This document shows positions 27,180 through 35,747 of a stretch of 45,842 nt of DNA, one piece after another; positions within the stretch are counted from its first letter, which is position 1, and each line of letters starts with the position of its first letter. Source of the DNA: a virus. A program made the position numbers and the translations under genes. A model generated the notes under the pieces. The model worked only from the letters and a program-made list of their open reading frames with translations. It had not been told where the DNA came from and ran no database searches. The stretch lies in the IMG/VR virus record IMGVR_UViG_3300049639_000145. One strand, written 5' to 3'.

Positions 27180-27828
27180 CGTCTCGAAGGCTTGCATGGA
27201 TACCAACCTCTGTTTCATTTTCCTTTGCTTGTTCTGATGTAGGTAATTCTACTTCGCTCATATCTACAACGAGAGCCTCTTCTCTGGTTTTCTTTGCTCC
27301 AGCTATGAGCTCAATTGCTCCTTCGGATAGTTTGAAATCAAACTTATCTACAAGGTCTAGAATCGCCTCGTATTGGTATGAAGGTATTACAACGTTGGGA
27401 CTAGACCATTTACTTCCTGCAATTGCTCTAGCTGCCTTGTATATTTCTTCATTTCCATATTCCCATGAAATGGAAAACCAGTCTTTGAATTTACCCTCTG
27501 ATCTCTTAGCTATCCAGCGTTTTTGTTCAGGTTCGTACTCTTTATTAAGTACCTTCTCTTTGAGGGAGTCGTCAACGATGCAGACAATATATCCTGCTTT
27601 CAATAGTTTGATAGATATTTCGGTTGCTCGATCAAGCGGGGAGCCTGTAAATTTATTACATTTGCGTTTCCATCCTTCGCCGCCCCATCTGAAACCATGT
27701 GATTTTATTAGATCCTTGAAATCAGAATCTTTCTCAAAAAATGTTATTTTCACATAGTTTCCCAAAATGAGTATGTCTGCCACGGTTTCCGTGACAGGTT
27801 TAACCGGTCGAATAGTAGTTTGAGGCAT
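27172..27828 (-). CDS. Protein with two HARP-like motifs
   Basis: F...D.DFKD.IK..G.RW...GW and E.Y...R.I.GSKW....V.IP patterns, next to SNF2. Confidence 0.5.
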   Translation of the reverse strand: MPQTTIRPVKPVTETVADILILGNYVKITFFEKDSDFKDLIKSHGFRWGGEGWKRKCNKFTGSPLDRATEISIKLLKAGYIVCIVDDSLKEKVLNKEYEPEQKRWIAKRSEGKFKDWFSISWEYGNEEIYKAARAIAGSKWSSPNVVIPSYQYEAILDLVDKFDFKLSEGAIELIAGAKKTREEALVVDMSEVELPTSEQAKENETEVGIHASLRDDD

Positions 27829-27834
27829 GTTATG

Positions 27835-28065
27835 TCACTCCGGATATTTAGCTAAGTATTCTTCATATTTTGAGTATGCTGCTTCTTTCGGTGTTACCTG
27901 ACTGTATCCATTCTTTTCACAAACAATTGAGCCGTCGTTCTCGAGCGTTACATTGATTCCCTGTCTTTTGAGAGTTGGGAAAAGGAAATTTTCTAACCAT
28001 TCTTTGTAGCTGAAAGGCATCGTTTCAAACCATCCTACGTTCTGGTAGTATATACTAGTAGCCAA
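27835..28065 (-). CDS. Hypothetical protein, first gene of the cassette
   Basis: ORF track; TTG start. Confidence 0.5.
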   Translation of the reverse strand: MATSIYYQNVGWFETMPFSYKEWLENFLFPTLKRQGINVTLENDGSIVCEKNGYSQVTPKEAAYSKYEEYLAKYPE

Positions 28066-28117
28066 TCGTATATATAGTTTATGGCTACAATGTTAAACAT
28101 ACTTAACTAACCCATAC

Positions 28118-28154
28118 AAAATAAATTATTTAAATATGTAATAATTTATATAGT
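28118..28154. repeat. 37-bp direct repeat, right border of the IbrAB cassette
   Basis: Identical to 23506..23542. Confidence 0.9.
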
Positions 28155-28199
28155 GAATGTGCTAATAATCACATACTAAAAAAATAAGGAGCCAATAAC

Positions 28200-28607
28200 A
28201 TAAAAATTCGTATAATCTCTTCAAGAGAAGACATCCCACTACTCGCACCGAATGAGAAAATAGTGCACGTTGCCTTCAGACCGTCAAATAAAGACATATT
28301 CCGCATCGTGGAAGCCTGCCCGAAGGTAGAAGCTATTCAGTTACCCGTTTCATACAAGAGAACGCTTTCGCAGTCCATCCAGCTATTCCTGAAAATGCAG
28401 AATGTAGCAGTTCTTGAGGGTAATGTCTGGGGGCACAGAAAGGACATCAGCGAGTATAAAGTGATTCCCCCAAGCGTGTTTTCTGACATTGAAAAGATGA
28501 CACAGGAGAGAGTAGACCAGGATAAGATAGTCCATGATGTTGGGGCGCGGTATAGATTGCCAGAGTCACTTATTGAGTTTGTAATTAAGAAAGGAGTGAC
28601 TACATAA
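28200..28607 (+). CDS. DUF1699 family protein (Methanosarcina-type putative regulator); ATA at the expected start
   Basis: KIRIISSREDI...NEKIVHVAFRPSNKDIF...CPK.EAIQLP.SY...EGNVWGHRKDI; frame open from ATA 28200 after AAGGAG. Confidence 0.8.
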   Translation: MKIRIISSREDIPLLAPNEKIVHVAFRPSNKDIFRIVEACPKVEAIQLPVSYKRTLSQSIQLFLKMQNVAVLEGNVWGHRKDISEYKVIPPSVFSDIEKMTQERVDQDKIVHDVGARYRLPESLIEFVIKKGVTT

Positions 28608-28843
28608 TGCAACCTAAAAAGAACCCTGGGCTTGCTGCGGTCGCGTCCTTCTTTTTATCTGGACTTGGACAGATTTATAACGGAGAAATCCTTAAGGGCG
28701 TTCTCCTTATGGTGATACAGGTTATTAATGTCCTGCTGATGTTTGTCGTGATTGGGTTTGTTACATATCCGCTTGTGTGGGTTTATGGGATATGGGACGC
28801 TTATAGAAGTGCTGAGAAGTTTAATCAGTCGATTACAGACTGA
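28607..28843 (+). CDS. TM2-domain-like membrane protein
   Basis: KNPG.AA..SFF..GLGQ.YNG...KG motif and hydrophobic helices. Confidence 0.75.
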   Translation: MQPKKNPGLAAVASFFLSGLGQIYNGEILKGVLLMVIQVINVLLMFVVIGFVTYPLVWVYGIWDAYRSAEKFNQSITD

Positions 28844-28900
28844 TTCTTTTATTTTTTTGTATTTGTTCAAGACGAATAAGAACATTGTCTGCTTATTTAA

Positions 28901-29800
28901 TTAAATTTCAATTTTGTTAATATTGAGGGATTTGATCGAAGAATCTATTTCGAAGGCAATTTTTTTACACTTTAGAATAGGGATCTCATAGTTAGAGATA
29001 AAAAGTTCTTGCCCTTTTGAAGCAGAAGTTTGTTTATAGTTATTCATTCCATACTGAAGTTCCCATTCATAGATATTTGCAAAAGAAAACAATTTTTTTA
29101 CTTCAGGAGAATTATCATAGGTAATTAACCATTTGTGCTTACATTGCTTCATATTTTCAGCAAATTGTTCATGGTCAAATAACTCATGTAAGTCTCCATT
29201 TTTTCCATATAGTTTTGATTTTTTTGTAGATAAATAAGGTGGATCTAAAAATATGAATACGTTCTTTCCGTCTTCATTGATAATTTTTTGATAGTCTAAG
29301 TTTGTTATTTCCACATTCGATAATAATTCTTTTATGTCTTCAAGCCTTTTAATAGAAGAATCTGTAAATCTTCCATTAAAGGACTGTTCCGAATAACCAC
29401 CTGATTCTATAGTTCCTGAAAAGGTAATTCTATTCAAAACAAAGAATCTTACTGCCCTTTCAAAGTCTGTAAAGTCTTTATTCCCATCAGTTAATTCAGT
29501 AAAAAGTGCTCTTCCGTTAGCGTATGTATTTTTAATTCTTGTCACTTCAGAAACAAGCCCTTCCATATCCTCTTTACAGTATTTCCAGAATATATACAGG
29601 TCTCGATTAATGTCATTTATCCAATACTTTTTATTTGGGTATTTTTGAAACAAAGCAAAAAAAACAGAACCTCCGCCTACCATAGGCTCTCTATACTCAT
29701 CGAAAGATGGTACAATAGGCAGTATTTGTTTTATTGCCCTTGATTTTCCACCAGGATAACGCAACGGACTTTTTATATTCATCGAATATAACATGGTCAT
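28901..29800 (-). CDS. dam: Dam-family (D12 class) N6-adenine DNA methyltransferase
   Basis: SPLRYPGGKS, EPMVGGGSV, FLDPPY motifs. Confidence 0.9.
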   Translation of the reverse strand: MTMLYSMNIKSPLRYPGGKSRAIKQILPIVPSFDEYREPMVGGGSVFFALFQKYPNKKYWINDINRDLYIFWKYCKEDMEGLVSEVTRIKNTYANGRALFTELTDGNKDFTDFERAVRFFVLNRITFSGTIESGGYSEQSFNGRFTDSSIKRLEDIKELLSNVEITNLDYQKIINEDGKNVFIFLDPPYLSTKKSKLYGKNGDLHELFDHEQFAENMKQCKHKWLITYDNSPEVKKLFSFANIYEWELQYGMNNYKQTSASKGQELFISNYEIPILKCKKIAFEIDSSIKSLNINKIEI

Positions 29801-29956
29801 TTTATTCTTAAGTCTTATGCATTATCAAAGTATCGTTAAAAAGTCGATTTATTATTTCTATTTTTTATCTTACTTTTTTTATTATTCATTCGATACTTTT
29901 CGGAAAGCTTAAATAGGATAATAGCGTACTATTTTTGTCAGCTAATTGAGGTCGAA

Positions 29957-30121
29957 ATGATGGCAAATGCTACGGTGAAACGAACCCTAAGAACTCCTAA
30001 ATCTGATGATAATTATCTAGTTGGACTCTGGGAGAAAGGAGAATATACAACTCTTAATGCTGCGTATAATGACGCGATTAGGAGAGGGGTAAAAGCGATA
30101 AAAAGGGAAAGGAAAGAGTAG
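29957..30121 (+). CDS. 54-aa ribbon-helix-helix-like DNA-binding protein
   Basis: Hand-translated MMANATVKRTLRTPKSDDNYLVGLWEKGEYTTLNAAYNDAIRRGVKAIKRERKE; GAGGT RBS. Confidence 0.55.
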   Translation: MMANATVKRTLRTPKSDDNYLVGLWEKGEYTTLNAAYNDAIRRGVKAIKRERKE

Positions 30122-30197
30122 TTATAATGTATGAAAAATTAAAATGTTTCAATCAAAATAAATAACCCCCTGTTAATCCTCCGGCAGGGGGCATCAT

Positions 30198-30255
30198 GCC
30201 ATATAGCACCCATAAACCTGGGTGGGCTTGAGGGGTTCGAATCCTCGGTGTGGCA
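30198..30255 (+). ncRNA. 58-nt tRNA-like element lacking a D-arm
   Basis: Acceptor GCCATAT/GTGTGGC+A, one central hairpin CACCCA/TGGGTG, T-loop GGTTCGAATCC. Confidence 0.4.
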
Positions 30256-30391
30256 CGTATAGTTGTTGAACGCCCTTTGGAAATCAAGGGTCACGATGAT
30301 CCAAAGTTATCTTGAATTACCCAGGGAAAATCAAAATAGATATCTGAAAAATCTACTCGCGAACTGCAACCCGGAGCAATCCGGGCCAAGT

Positions 30392-30464
30392 ACTCCCGTA
30401 GTGTAGTGGTCAATCACTCCAGCCTTTGGAGCTGGAAACCTCGGTTCGAATCCGGCAGGGAGTT
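30392..30464 (+). tRNA. tRNA-Gln (anticodon TTG), archaeal type, no encoded CCA
   Basis: Cloverleaf with A1-T72, D-loop TAGTGGT, anticodon arm CCAGC-CTTTGGA-GCTGG, T-loop GGTTCGAATCC. Confidence 0.85.
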
Positions 30465-30501
30465 TGAAAAACGGGATGATAAATTTTAAGAGGTAAAAAA
30501 T

Positions 30502-30936
30502 ATGGAAGACCCACTTTTTGATACAAGTAAAGTTGATGAGCTGGCGGCAGCCGAATACGTTAATGCTGAAACGCAACCGAAAACCCTTGAAGACCTATTC
30601 CACGAACTAAATTCCCTGTCCTGGCAGCTTGCAGATGAATGCAAGGAAATTGATGAAATCATAGCCGACATGGAAGAGAAGCGGGCAGAAAAGGCCGATG
30701 AGTATGCCCCACGGATTCAGGAACTTAATGAGCAGATTAAAGCGGAAATTCTCAAAAATGGAAAATCATTCAAATGTGAGTGGGGATCTGCCACATACAG
30801 AAAGGGCCGGACAACTATTACGTGGAATGATGATGCTCTGATGGGGTACGCTGTAGACCACCCTGAAATTCTGAAGTTTAGGACTGAGAAGACCGGGGTA
30901 CCGTCTGTTTCGTTGAAAATAGGTGATCAGAAATGA
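30502..30936 (+). CDS. Gam/Gp157-like DNA-end-protecting protein
   Basis: Coiled coil followed by KSFK...G...YRKGR.TI.W and terminal SVSLK, typical of this class. Confidence 0.55.
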   Translation: MEDPLFDTSKVDELAAAEYVNAETQPKTLEDLFHELNSLSWQLADECKEIDEIIADMEEKRAEKADEYAPRIQELNEQIKAEILKNGKSFKCEWGSATYRKGRTTITWNDDALMGYAVDHPEILKFRTEKTGVPSVSLKIGDQK

Positions 30937-31216
30937 CATCCCTCAAGACGTGGGATATGTAATTCCTGGGAAATGTAAAAAATACGGAGCCAACAAGATG
31001 ATAGATGAGAGACAGATTAATACAGTTGAATCAATTGCAGAATCATTGAAAATCATTGCTGAGAAACCGCCTGTAGGGTTTACCTTAGAAATGACAGACG
31101 GTTTAAACAAAGCTTCTGAAAATTTAAGAGATCTTGTTTTAGCTGATACCCGAAATATTGTAGACCAGGATGAAGAACATCCTCTTTGTGAAGAGCATTC
31201 GGGGGCGGGACTATGA
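30923..31216 (+). CDS. Hypothetical protein
   Basis: ORF track; translationally coupled. Confidence 0.55.
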   Translation: MIRNDIPQDVGYVIPGKCKKYGANKMIDERQINTVESIAESLKIIAEKPPVGFTLEMTDGLNKASENLRDLVLADTRNIVDQDEEHPLCEEHSGAGL

Positions 31217-31803
31217 GCCACGAAGAAGCTCTGAAACTTGACATTCTCCTGCGTCTACAGAAAGACGGCTGGAACCTGAAAGAAACGGACGATCCAGCAA
31301 CGCTATCAATGAATATAGGCACTGGATATACTCTTTTCGCAAGCGTGAATAAGCCCTGGTATATCCTGTTTGACGATGGGGTTGAGAAAACCGAGTATCC
31401 TATTGATTCTGAACGAGTCCCGTTCACGAATCGTAAGGATGTTAACAAGCTGTGGGGGAAGTTTGAAGCAGGGGTTAAGGCTCTTGGGATCTCTGGAAGT
31501 CCGAAAGACCCGCTTTCCCCGCCTGCCAAACGTGAAGAAACTCCAAAAAGGAAGAAGCCCGCTTCTGCAAAAAAGAAGGCTCGTGTGGAAGCCCCCGGAA
31601 TGATGCTCCCTATCGTGTACCCTGCTGAATTGAAAGGCTCTTTCATGCTGTTTAAGCAGTGGACCGCTCAGAACAATGTAATCCCTGCCGACAGCGAAGT
31701 TGTAATTCTTGAAGAAACTGAAAAGAGTTTCAGGGTGTCCATTGCGCGGGCACATATCTCTTTTAATATTTCGAAAACTAATGCTGAGGTGGTTGAATCA
31801 TGA
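31213..31803 (+). CDS. Hypothetical protein
   Basis: ORF track; ATGA overlaps. Confidence 0.65.
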   Translation: MSHEEALKLDILLRLQKDGWNLKETDDPATLSMNIGTGYTLFASVNKPWYILFDDGVEKTEYPIDSERVPFTNRKDVNKLWGKFEAGVKALGISGSPKDPLSPPAKREETPKRKKPASAKKKARVEAPGMMLPIVYPAELKGSFMLFKQWTAQNNVIPADSEVVILEETEKSFRVSIARAHISFNISKTNAEVVES

Positions 31804-32129
31804 GAAAATCACGCTTCGCAGAATCCCTCCTTAAAGCTCGCTCTAAAGGGAAATCCCCTTCTATCGTTTCCCTTTCCGGCGTTCACTGTGTCACTATTAA
31901 GCCTAGTGACGAAATGAAAGAAATCCTTGAGGAAATTAACAAATCTCTCAAGAAACTTGCCAACTCGGATAAGTCAACTTCCCAGATTGTCCAGGAAGTC
32001 CTTTCTCAGCCTCTTGGTGAGCCTGGAACTACAGAAGAGATAGACGAACCTGCTGAACTGTCAGGAGTTAATACAGAAGCTCTCAGCATGAAGAAGGGGG
32101 GTGTTAAATGCAGACAGCTCCTGCTATAA
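31800..32129 (+). CDS. Hypothetical protein
   Basis: ORF track; ATGA overlap. Confidence 0.55.
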   Translation: MRKSRFAESLLKARSKGKSPSIVSLSGVHCVTIKPSDEMKEILEEINKSLKKLANSDKSTSQIVQEVLSQPLGEPGTTEEIDEPAELSGVNTEALSMKKGGVKCRQLLL

Positions 32130-32326
32130 ATCCTGGTATAAATGTGGACCTGGATAGATATCTCAGGCGTTTTAAACGCCCTGAAGAATACCGCTCAAAA
32201 GTAATAAAAATAATTGAAATGTCTAAAGAAGGCAGGACTCTTGAGGAAATTAAGAATGCTGTAAGGATGAGTAATGGGAATATTAATTCTGCTCGGAGAT
32301 GGGGCAGACAGGCGGGGTTGTGGTAA
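32108..32326 (+). CDS. Small HTH-like protein
   Basis: IIEMSKEGRTLEEIKNAVRMS helix-turn-helix-like pattern. Confidence 0.5.
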   Translation: MQTAPAINPGINVDLDRYLRRFKRPEEYRSKVIKIIEMSKEGRTLEEIKNAVRMSNGNINSARRWGRQAGLW

Positions 32327-32410
32327 GATGTCTCGTTTAGACTATGGGATTATCATTTTTAATACCCTCGTTGCTGCCGGCGCCTTAAAAATTGTCTCGT
32401 TGGTGATCTG

Positions 32411-32602
32411 ATGACTGACGAGATCAAAGCCATTGACGGACAATTCTCAAAAGTCGGACCTGCTATCTGCACAATTCAGCCAATGGCTGTATGTTCTATT
32501 CAGGAGCAGTGTTCAGTCTGCCCGATTGCCAGGACTCACCTTAATCCAGATCTCCGATTAGACATCTATAAGGAAATTAAAAAGATTAAGGGGGTTATGT
32601 GA
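32411..32602 (+). CDS. Small Cys-containing protein
   Basis: ORF track; GGTGA RBS. Confidence 0.5.
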   Translation: MTDEIKAIDGQFSKVGPAICTIQPMAVCSIQEQCSVCPIARTHLNPDLRLDIYKEIKKIKGVM

Positions 32603-32790
32603 TGGCAGCGAAAAGCAAGACTGTTAAAGGCGGTCTGTTTGTTCGCTGTGCCTGCTGTGGAAGGGTATTCAAGGTAAAGTCCTCCGAAGAGCGGTTCTGC
32701 TCAAGGGATTGTAAGGCTGTGGGCAGGCAGGCTGTCGTTGAGAGGGCAGTCTTGCATGAATTGGGGGGGACTGTACGTGGCTCGAATTGA
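32599..32790 (+). CDS. Zinc-finger protein (CACCGRVF...FCSRDC)
   Basis: ORF track. Confidence 0.6.
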   Translation: MMAAKSKTVKGGLFVRCACCGRVFKVKSSEERFCSRDCKAVGRQAVVERAVLHELGGTVRGSN

Positions 32791-32857
32791 TTATGGGCAA
32801 GTCCCATCTGTCCGAAAACCTAATACACAAAATAAAAATATGGGAGGTGGTTAAGTA

Positions 32858-33028
32858 ATGTCTTTCGTTGTGAAATGGAAACCGAGAGACGTTGTTTTAA
32901 CGAAAGAGTTTCCTACTGAAGAAGAAGCGAATAATTTTAAAAAGAATTGCAGGTCACTTGGGATTAAGGTAATCGGTTCTGAAACGCAAGAAAAAATGAT
33001 TAATACAATTGAGTGGCCCAGAATATGA
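32858..33028 (+). CDS. 56-aa hypothetical protein (MSFVVKWKPRDVVLTKEFPTEEEA...)
   Basis: Hand-translated; GGAGGTG RBS. Confidence 0.55.
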   Translation: MSFVVKWKPRDVVLTKEFPTEEEANNFKKNCRSLGIKVIGSETQEKMINTIEWPRI

Positions 33029-33652
33029 CACTTGAAGTGCGGCGACCCACTGAAAAACGATCTCCTTCTTTTTTAAAAAATGTGCTATACATCACATTAT
33101 TTTTTCAATGTCGGTAGCCATTATTAAAAATGAGTATATAAAAAATGTGCTATCTGTCACAAATGAGAATATTTAAATATGAAGACAACTATCTGAGTTT
33201 ATGGATATCTCAAAATCCACTTCTGAACGAAAAACAGTAAACTCCTTTGTCGAACCTCTTCCTCTGAAAAACCCCCTGAAAAACAGCCGGTAGTTTTAGC
33301 CCAGGGAAACCGGAGCCATCCAAAACCCTGGGCATTACTCTTTTTGTACGAAGTTGACCAACGTACGAATGCTATTTCTCTGTTTTATATTATAAATAAG
33401 TTTTCTTTTATACGATTATATTTTTAACAGTAAGAAACATACATTCTGATGTATATTCAGTATGAAGAGTTTCTTTTTTAGACTGGAAGATGTAAGTTTA
33501 TTTTGAAACGTGGATTTTTATATTAATGATGTTCTCGGTGTTAAGTTTGTTTATTTGTATATAAGAATTTTTATTTAATTTTTTGGATGAGTAGGAAGGT
33601 TTATATACAACTTCGTACAATTATGTAATAATACAAAATATAGGAGTGTAGT

Positions 33653-33811
33653 ATGCCACCTAAAGGATGGAAAAGCATCAACGTGAAAGAAGAGGACTTT
33701 GAGCTTATTGAAAAGATAGCTCAGAAGCGGGGCATGAATAAATATTCTGCTGTCGTTTTAGCGTTTCAAAACACTTTCCCGAATGATTTTCCTAAGAAAT
33801 TAGAAGCATAA
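33653..33811 (+). CDS. 52-aa CopG/RHH-like DNA-binding protein
   Basis: MPPKGWKSINVKEEDFELIEKIAQKRGMNKYSAVVLA; GGAG RBS. Confidence 0.65.
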   Translation: MPPKGWKSINVKEEDFELIEKIAQKRGMNKYSAVVLAFQNTFPNDFPKKLEA

Positions 33812-33903
33812 TAATAAATAAAAGAATTCTCATAAAAGTGAGGTACGATTATGAAAATAACAGGAGCCAACATAGTTACTACTTTCCAACGTGGGATGGT
33901 AAG

Positions 33904-34482
33904 ATGATTCCCATGCTTGCCAACCCGAAAGTGCAGGAATTCTTAACACTCCTGCAAGACCCTGAAGTATATCCTGTTTTTCAAAGTATGGTCATGCAGG
34001 TTTTAACCGATCCCGAAGGTCCTCAACTCATCCAGCGCGTAAAAAACATTGAAAGACATCTTGGCGCAAATGATGATTGGTGCATCTGGGAAGACGTTAA
34101 CGGAGAAGGGCGGGAAGTTTTGATGCCTATAACTGAAATGATTGATTTGATTTCAGGAAGGATTGAGGATGTTTCCCTGCCTGTCCTTAAAGAAACTGTG
34201 ATCATCTCTGCAAACGAAACTGAGGTACGGGCACGACTCCTTAAAGATAAGCTCTCCTCTGTGCCCTACCGGAACGGAAAAAAGTTCATGTTGGGAACAG
34301 AAGTTCAAAAGTTTCTACTTCACGAAATTGCCGAGGATCACAGGGCAAATGAGAAAGGAATAAGGCAAACTGCAAAAGACGTAATGAAAAAGGCAGTTGA
34401 ACAATTTCCTAATGAAGTGAGACTCGGAAAGAACGAGAAAAAAAGAAACTTTATTGAATATATCGAAAAGCCGTATAACTAA
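33904..34482 (+). CDS. Hypothetical protein, possibly a replication/DNA-binding protein with C-terminal wHTH-like region
   Basis: ORF track; followed by an AT-rich repeat region. Function is inferred only. Confidence 0.55.
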   Translation: MIPMLANPKVQEFLTLLQDPEVYPVFQSMVMQVLTDPEGPQLIQRVKNIERHLGANDDWCIWEDVNGEGREVLMPITEMIDLISGRIEDVSLPVLKETVIISANETEVRARLLKDKLSSVPYRNGKKFMLGTEVQKFLLHEIAEDHRANEKGIRQTAKDVMKKAVEQFPNEVRLGKNEKKRNFIEYIEKPYN

Positions 34483-34489
34483 ATGTTGT

Positions 34490-34800
34490 AAGCTAGAACT
34501 TACAAGAATGTAAGTTTGTGTAAGGACTTACTTACAACTCAGCGACTAAGAAGGAGAGAAAAAGTAAGGTTTTGAGGTAAAATGTAACACAAAAAGAAAA
34601 GCTAAAGAAATAAAGATGAAAACTTGACTAAAAATGTCGTTTAACATCTTTGAATAATATAGATAGAATAATACGAATAGCTTAGAATGTGTTACGATTT
34701 CATGTGTTAGATTAGTAAGGTTTGAGTATCCCGCTTACAGATTTTTTAATTCTTGTAAGTAGGAACTTACAAGAACTTACAAGAATTCTTGTTAAGAAAT
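34490..34800. repeat. AT-rich region with repeated GAACTTACAA(GAA)/TTCTTGTAAG motifs; candidate origin
   Basis: Copies at 34496, 34750 (inverted), 34763 and 34773, plus partial CTTAC/GTAAG copies. Confidence 0.5.
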
Positions 34801-34888
34801 TAGGAAAACGTGTTATCTTAGGAAAATTCACTTAAAGTTCTTAAATAAACAACTTAAGAAAAAATTGGAGCTATATCGAGGTGTCTAA

Positions 34889-35194
34889 ATGCGCTTAATG
34901 AGTGTCTCAGAATCAAGATATCATTATCTCCCAGATGAAATAAAACTGAAACGGGCTAAAATGTTTGTCAAGCTCGCTACATTGCTGGAAATGGGACAGC
35001 TTGACGATCCAGATAAAATATGGAATTATCTTGATTCACATATGATAGAGGATGATCTTGAGTATATGACTATCGAGGAACTTATACTCATGAGGTCTAA
35101 GGGATTTGTAGATGACTCTAAAATTTATGATCTTTTCCCTGAAGAATTCGATTATCTTGACGGGATTCCGGTTTTGATGTGGGATGTGCTATAA
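34889..35194 (+). CDS. Acidic hypothetical protein
   Basis: ORF track; GAGGTG RBS. Confidence 0.6.
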   Translation: MRLMSVSESRYHYLPDEIKLKRAKMFVKLATLLEMGQLDDPDKIWNYLDSHMIEDDLEYMTIEELILMRSKGFVDDSKIYDLFPEEFDYLDGIPVLMWDVL

Positions 35195-35526
35195 TGTTAC
35201 TCTCTGACATCATCCCTAGCATCCAGCCAACTCCAAAAACTCCAATATTCAGCTCCATAAAGAAAAAAGCACCCACAAAACCGCTTCTGCACAAACAGGA
35301 AGCCGTCATGGACTGGGATTACAAACTGCCTGATCCTGGCATAGAAGCGTACAACATTCCAGAAGAAAGCCGGACAATACACGAATCTCCGTGTATGTCG
35401 GCATTCTGGAGACGAATACCGATTAAAATAAACTGGGTTAAAGTCTTTGAATTGATTAATGACGAAGCAGCACATGAAGAACACGATGAGAAACCAGAAG
35501 AGGAGGTAGAACAATGTCAATACTAA
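35194..35526 (+). CDS. Hypothetical protein
   Basis: ORF track 35179..35526. Confidence 0.5.
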   Translation: MLLSDIIPSIQPTPKTPIFSSIKKKAPTKPLLHKQEAVMDWDYKLPDPGIEAYNIPEESRTIHESPCMSAFWRRIPIKINWVKVFELINDEAAHEEHDEKPEEEVEQCQY

Positions 35527-35747
35527 TAATCTACAACACTGGAAGCAAATATCACGAAATAGGATTAGCCGAGAAAGCCCGGATTTATAGGGAGTTCGCG
35601 TATAACAAGCTGGGGAATAAGTAATAATTCCCTTGCTTTCATTTCCTTTAAATACCAACATCAACATTTTAATATTATAAACTACATAATTAATTTAAGT
35701 TATTTTAGTATATAAAAGAGTTATAATTATAACAGGAGCCATATCAT

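Noticed and set aside
30295-30350. C/D-box sRNA-like ATGAT...TTGA...CTGA segment
   Set aside because: The C box is non-consensus and no C' box is identifiable.
30392-30464. tRNA as provirus attachment site
   Set aside because: Viral genes continue on both sides, no integrase is adjacent, and only a 10-nt duplicate of the 3' end was found.
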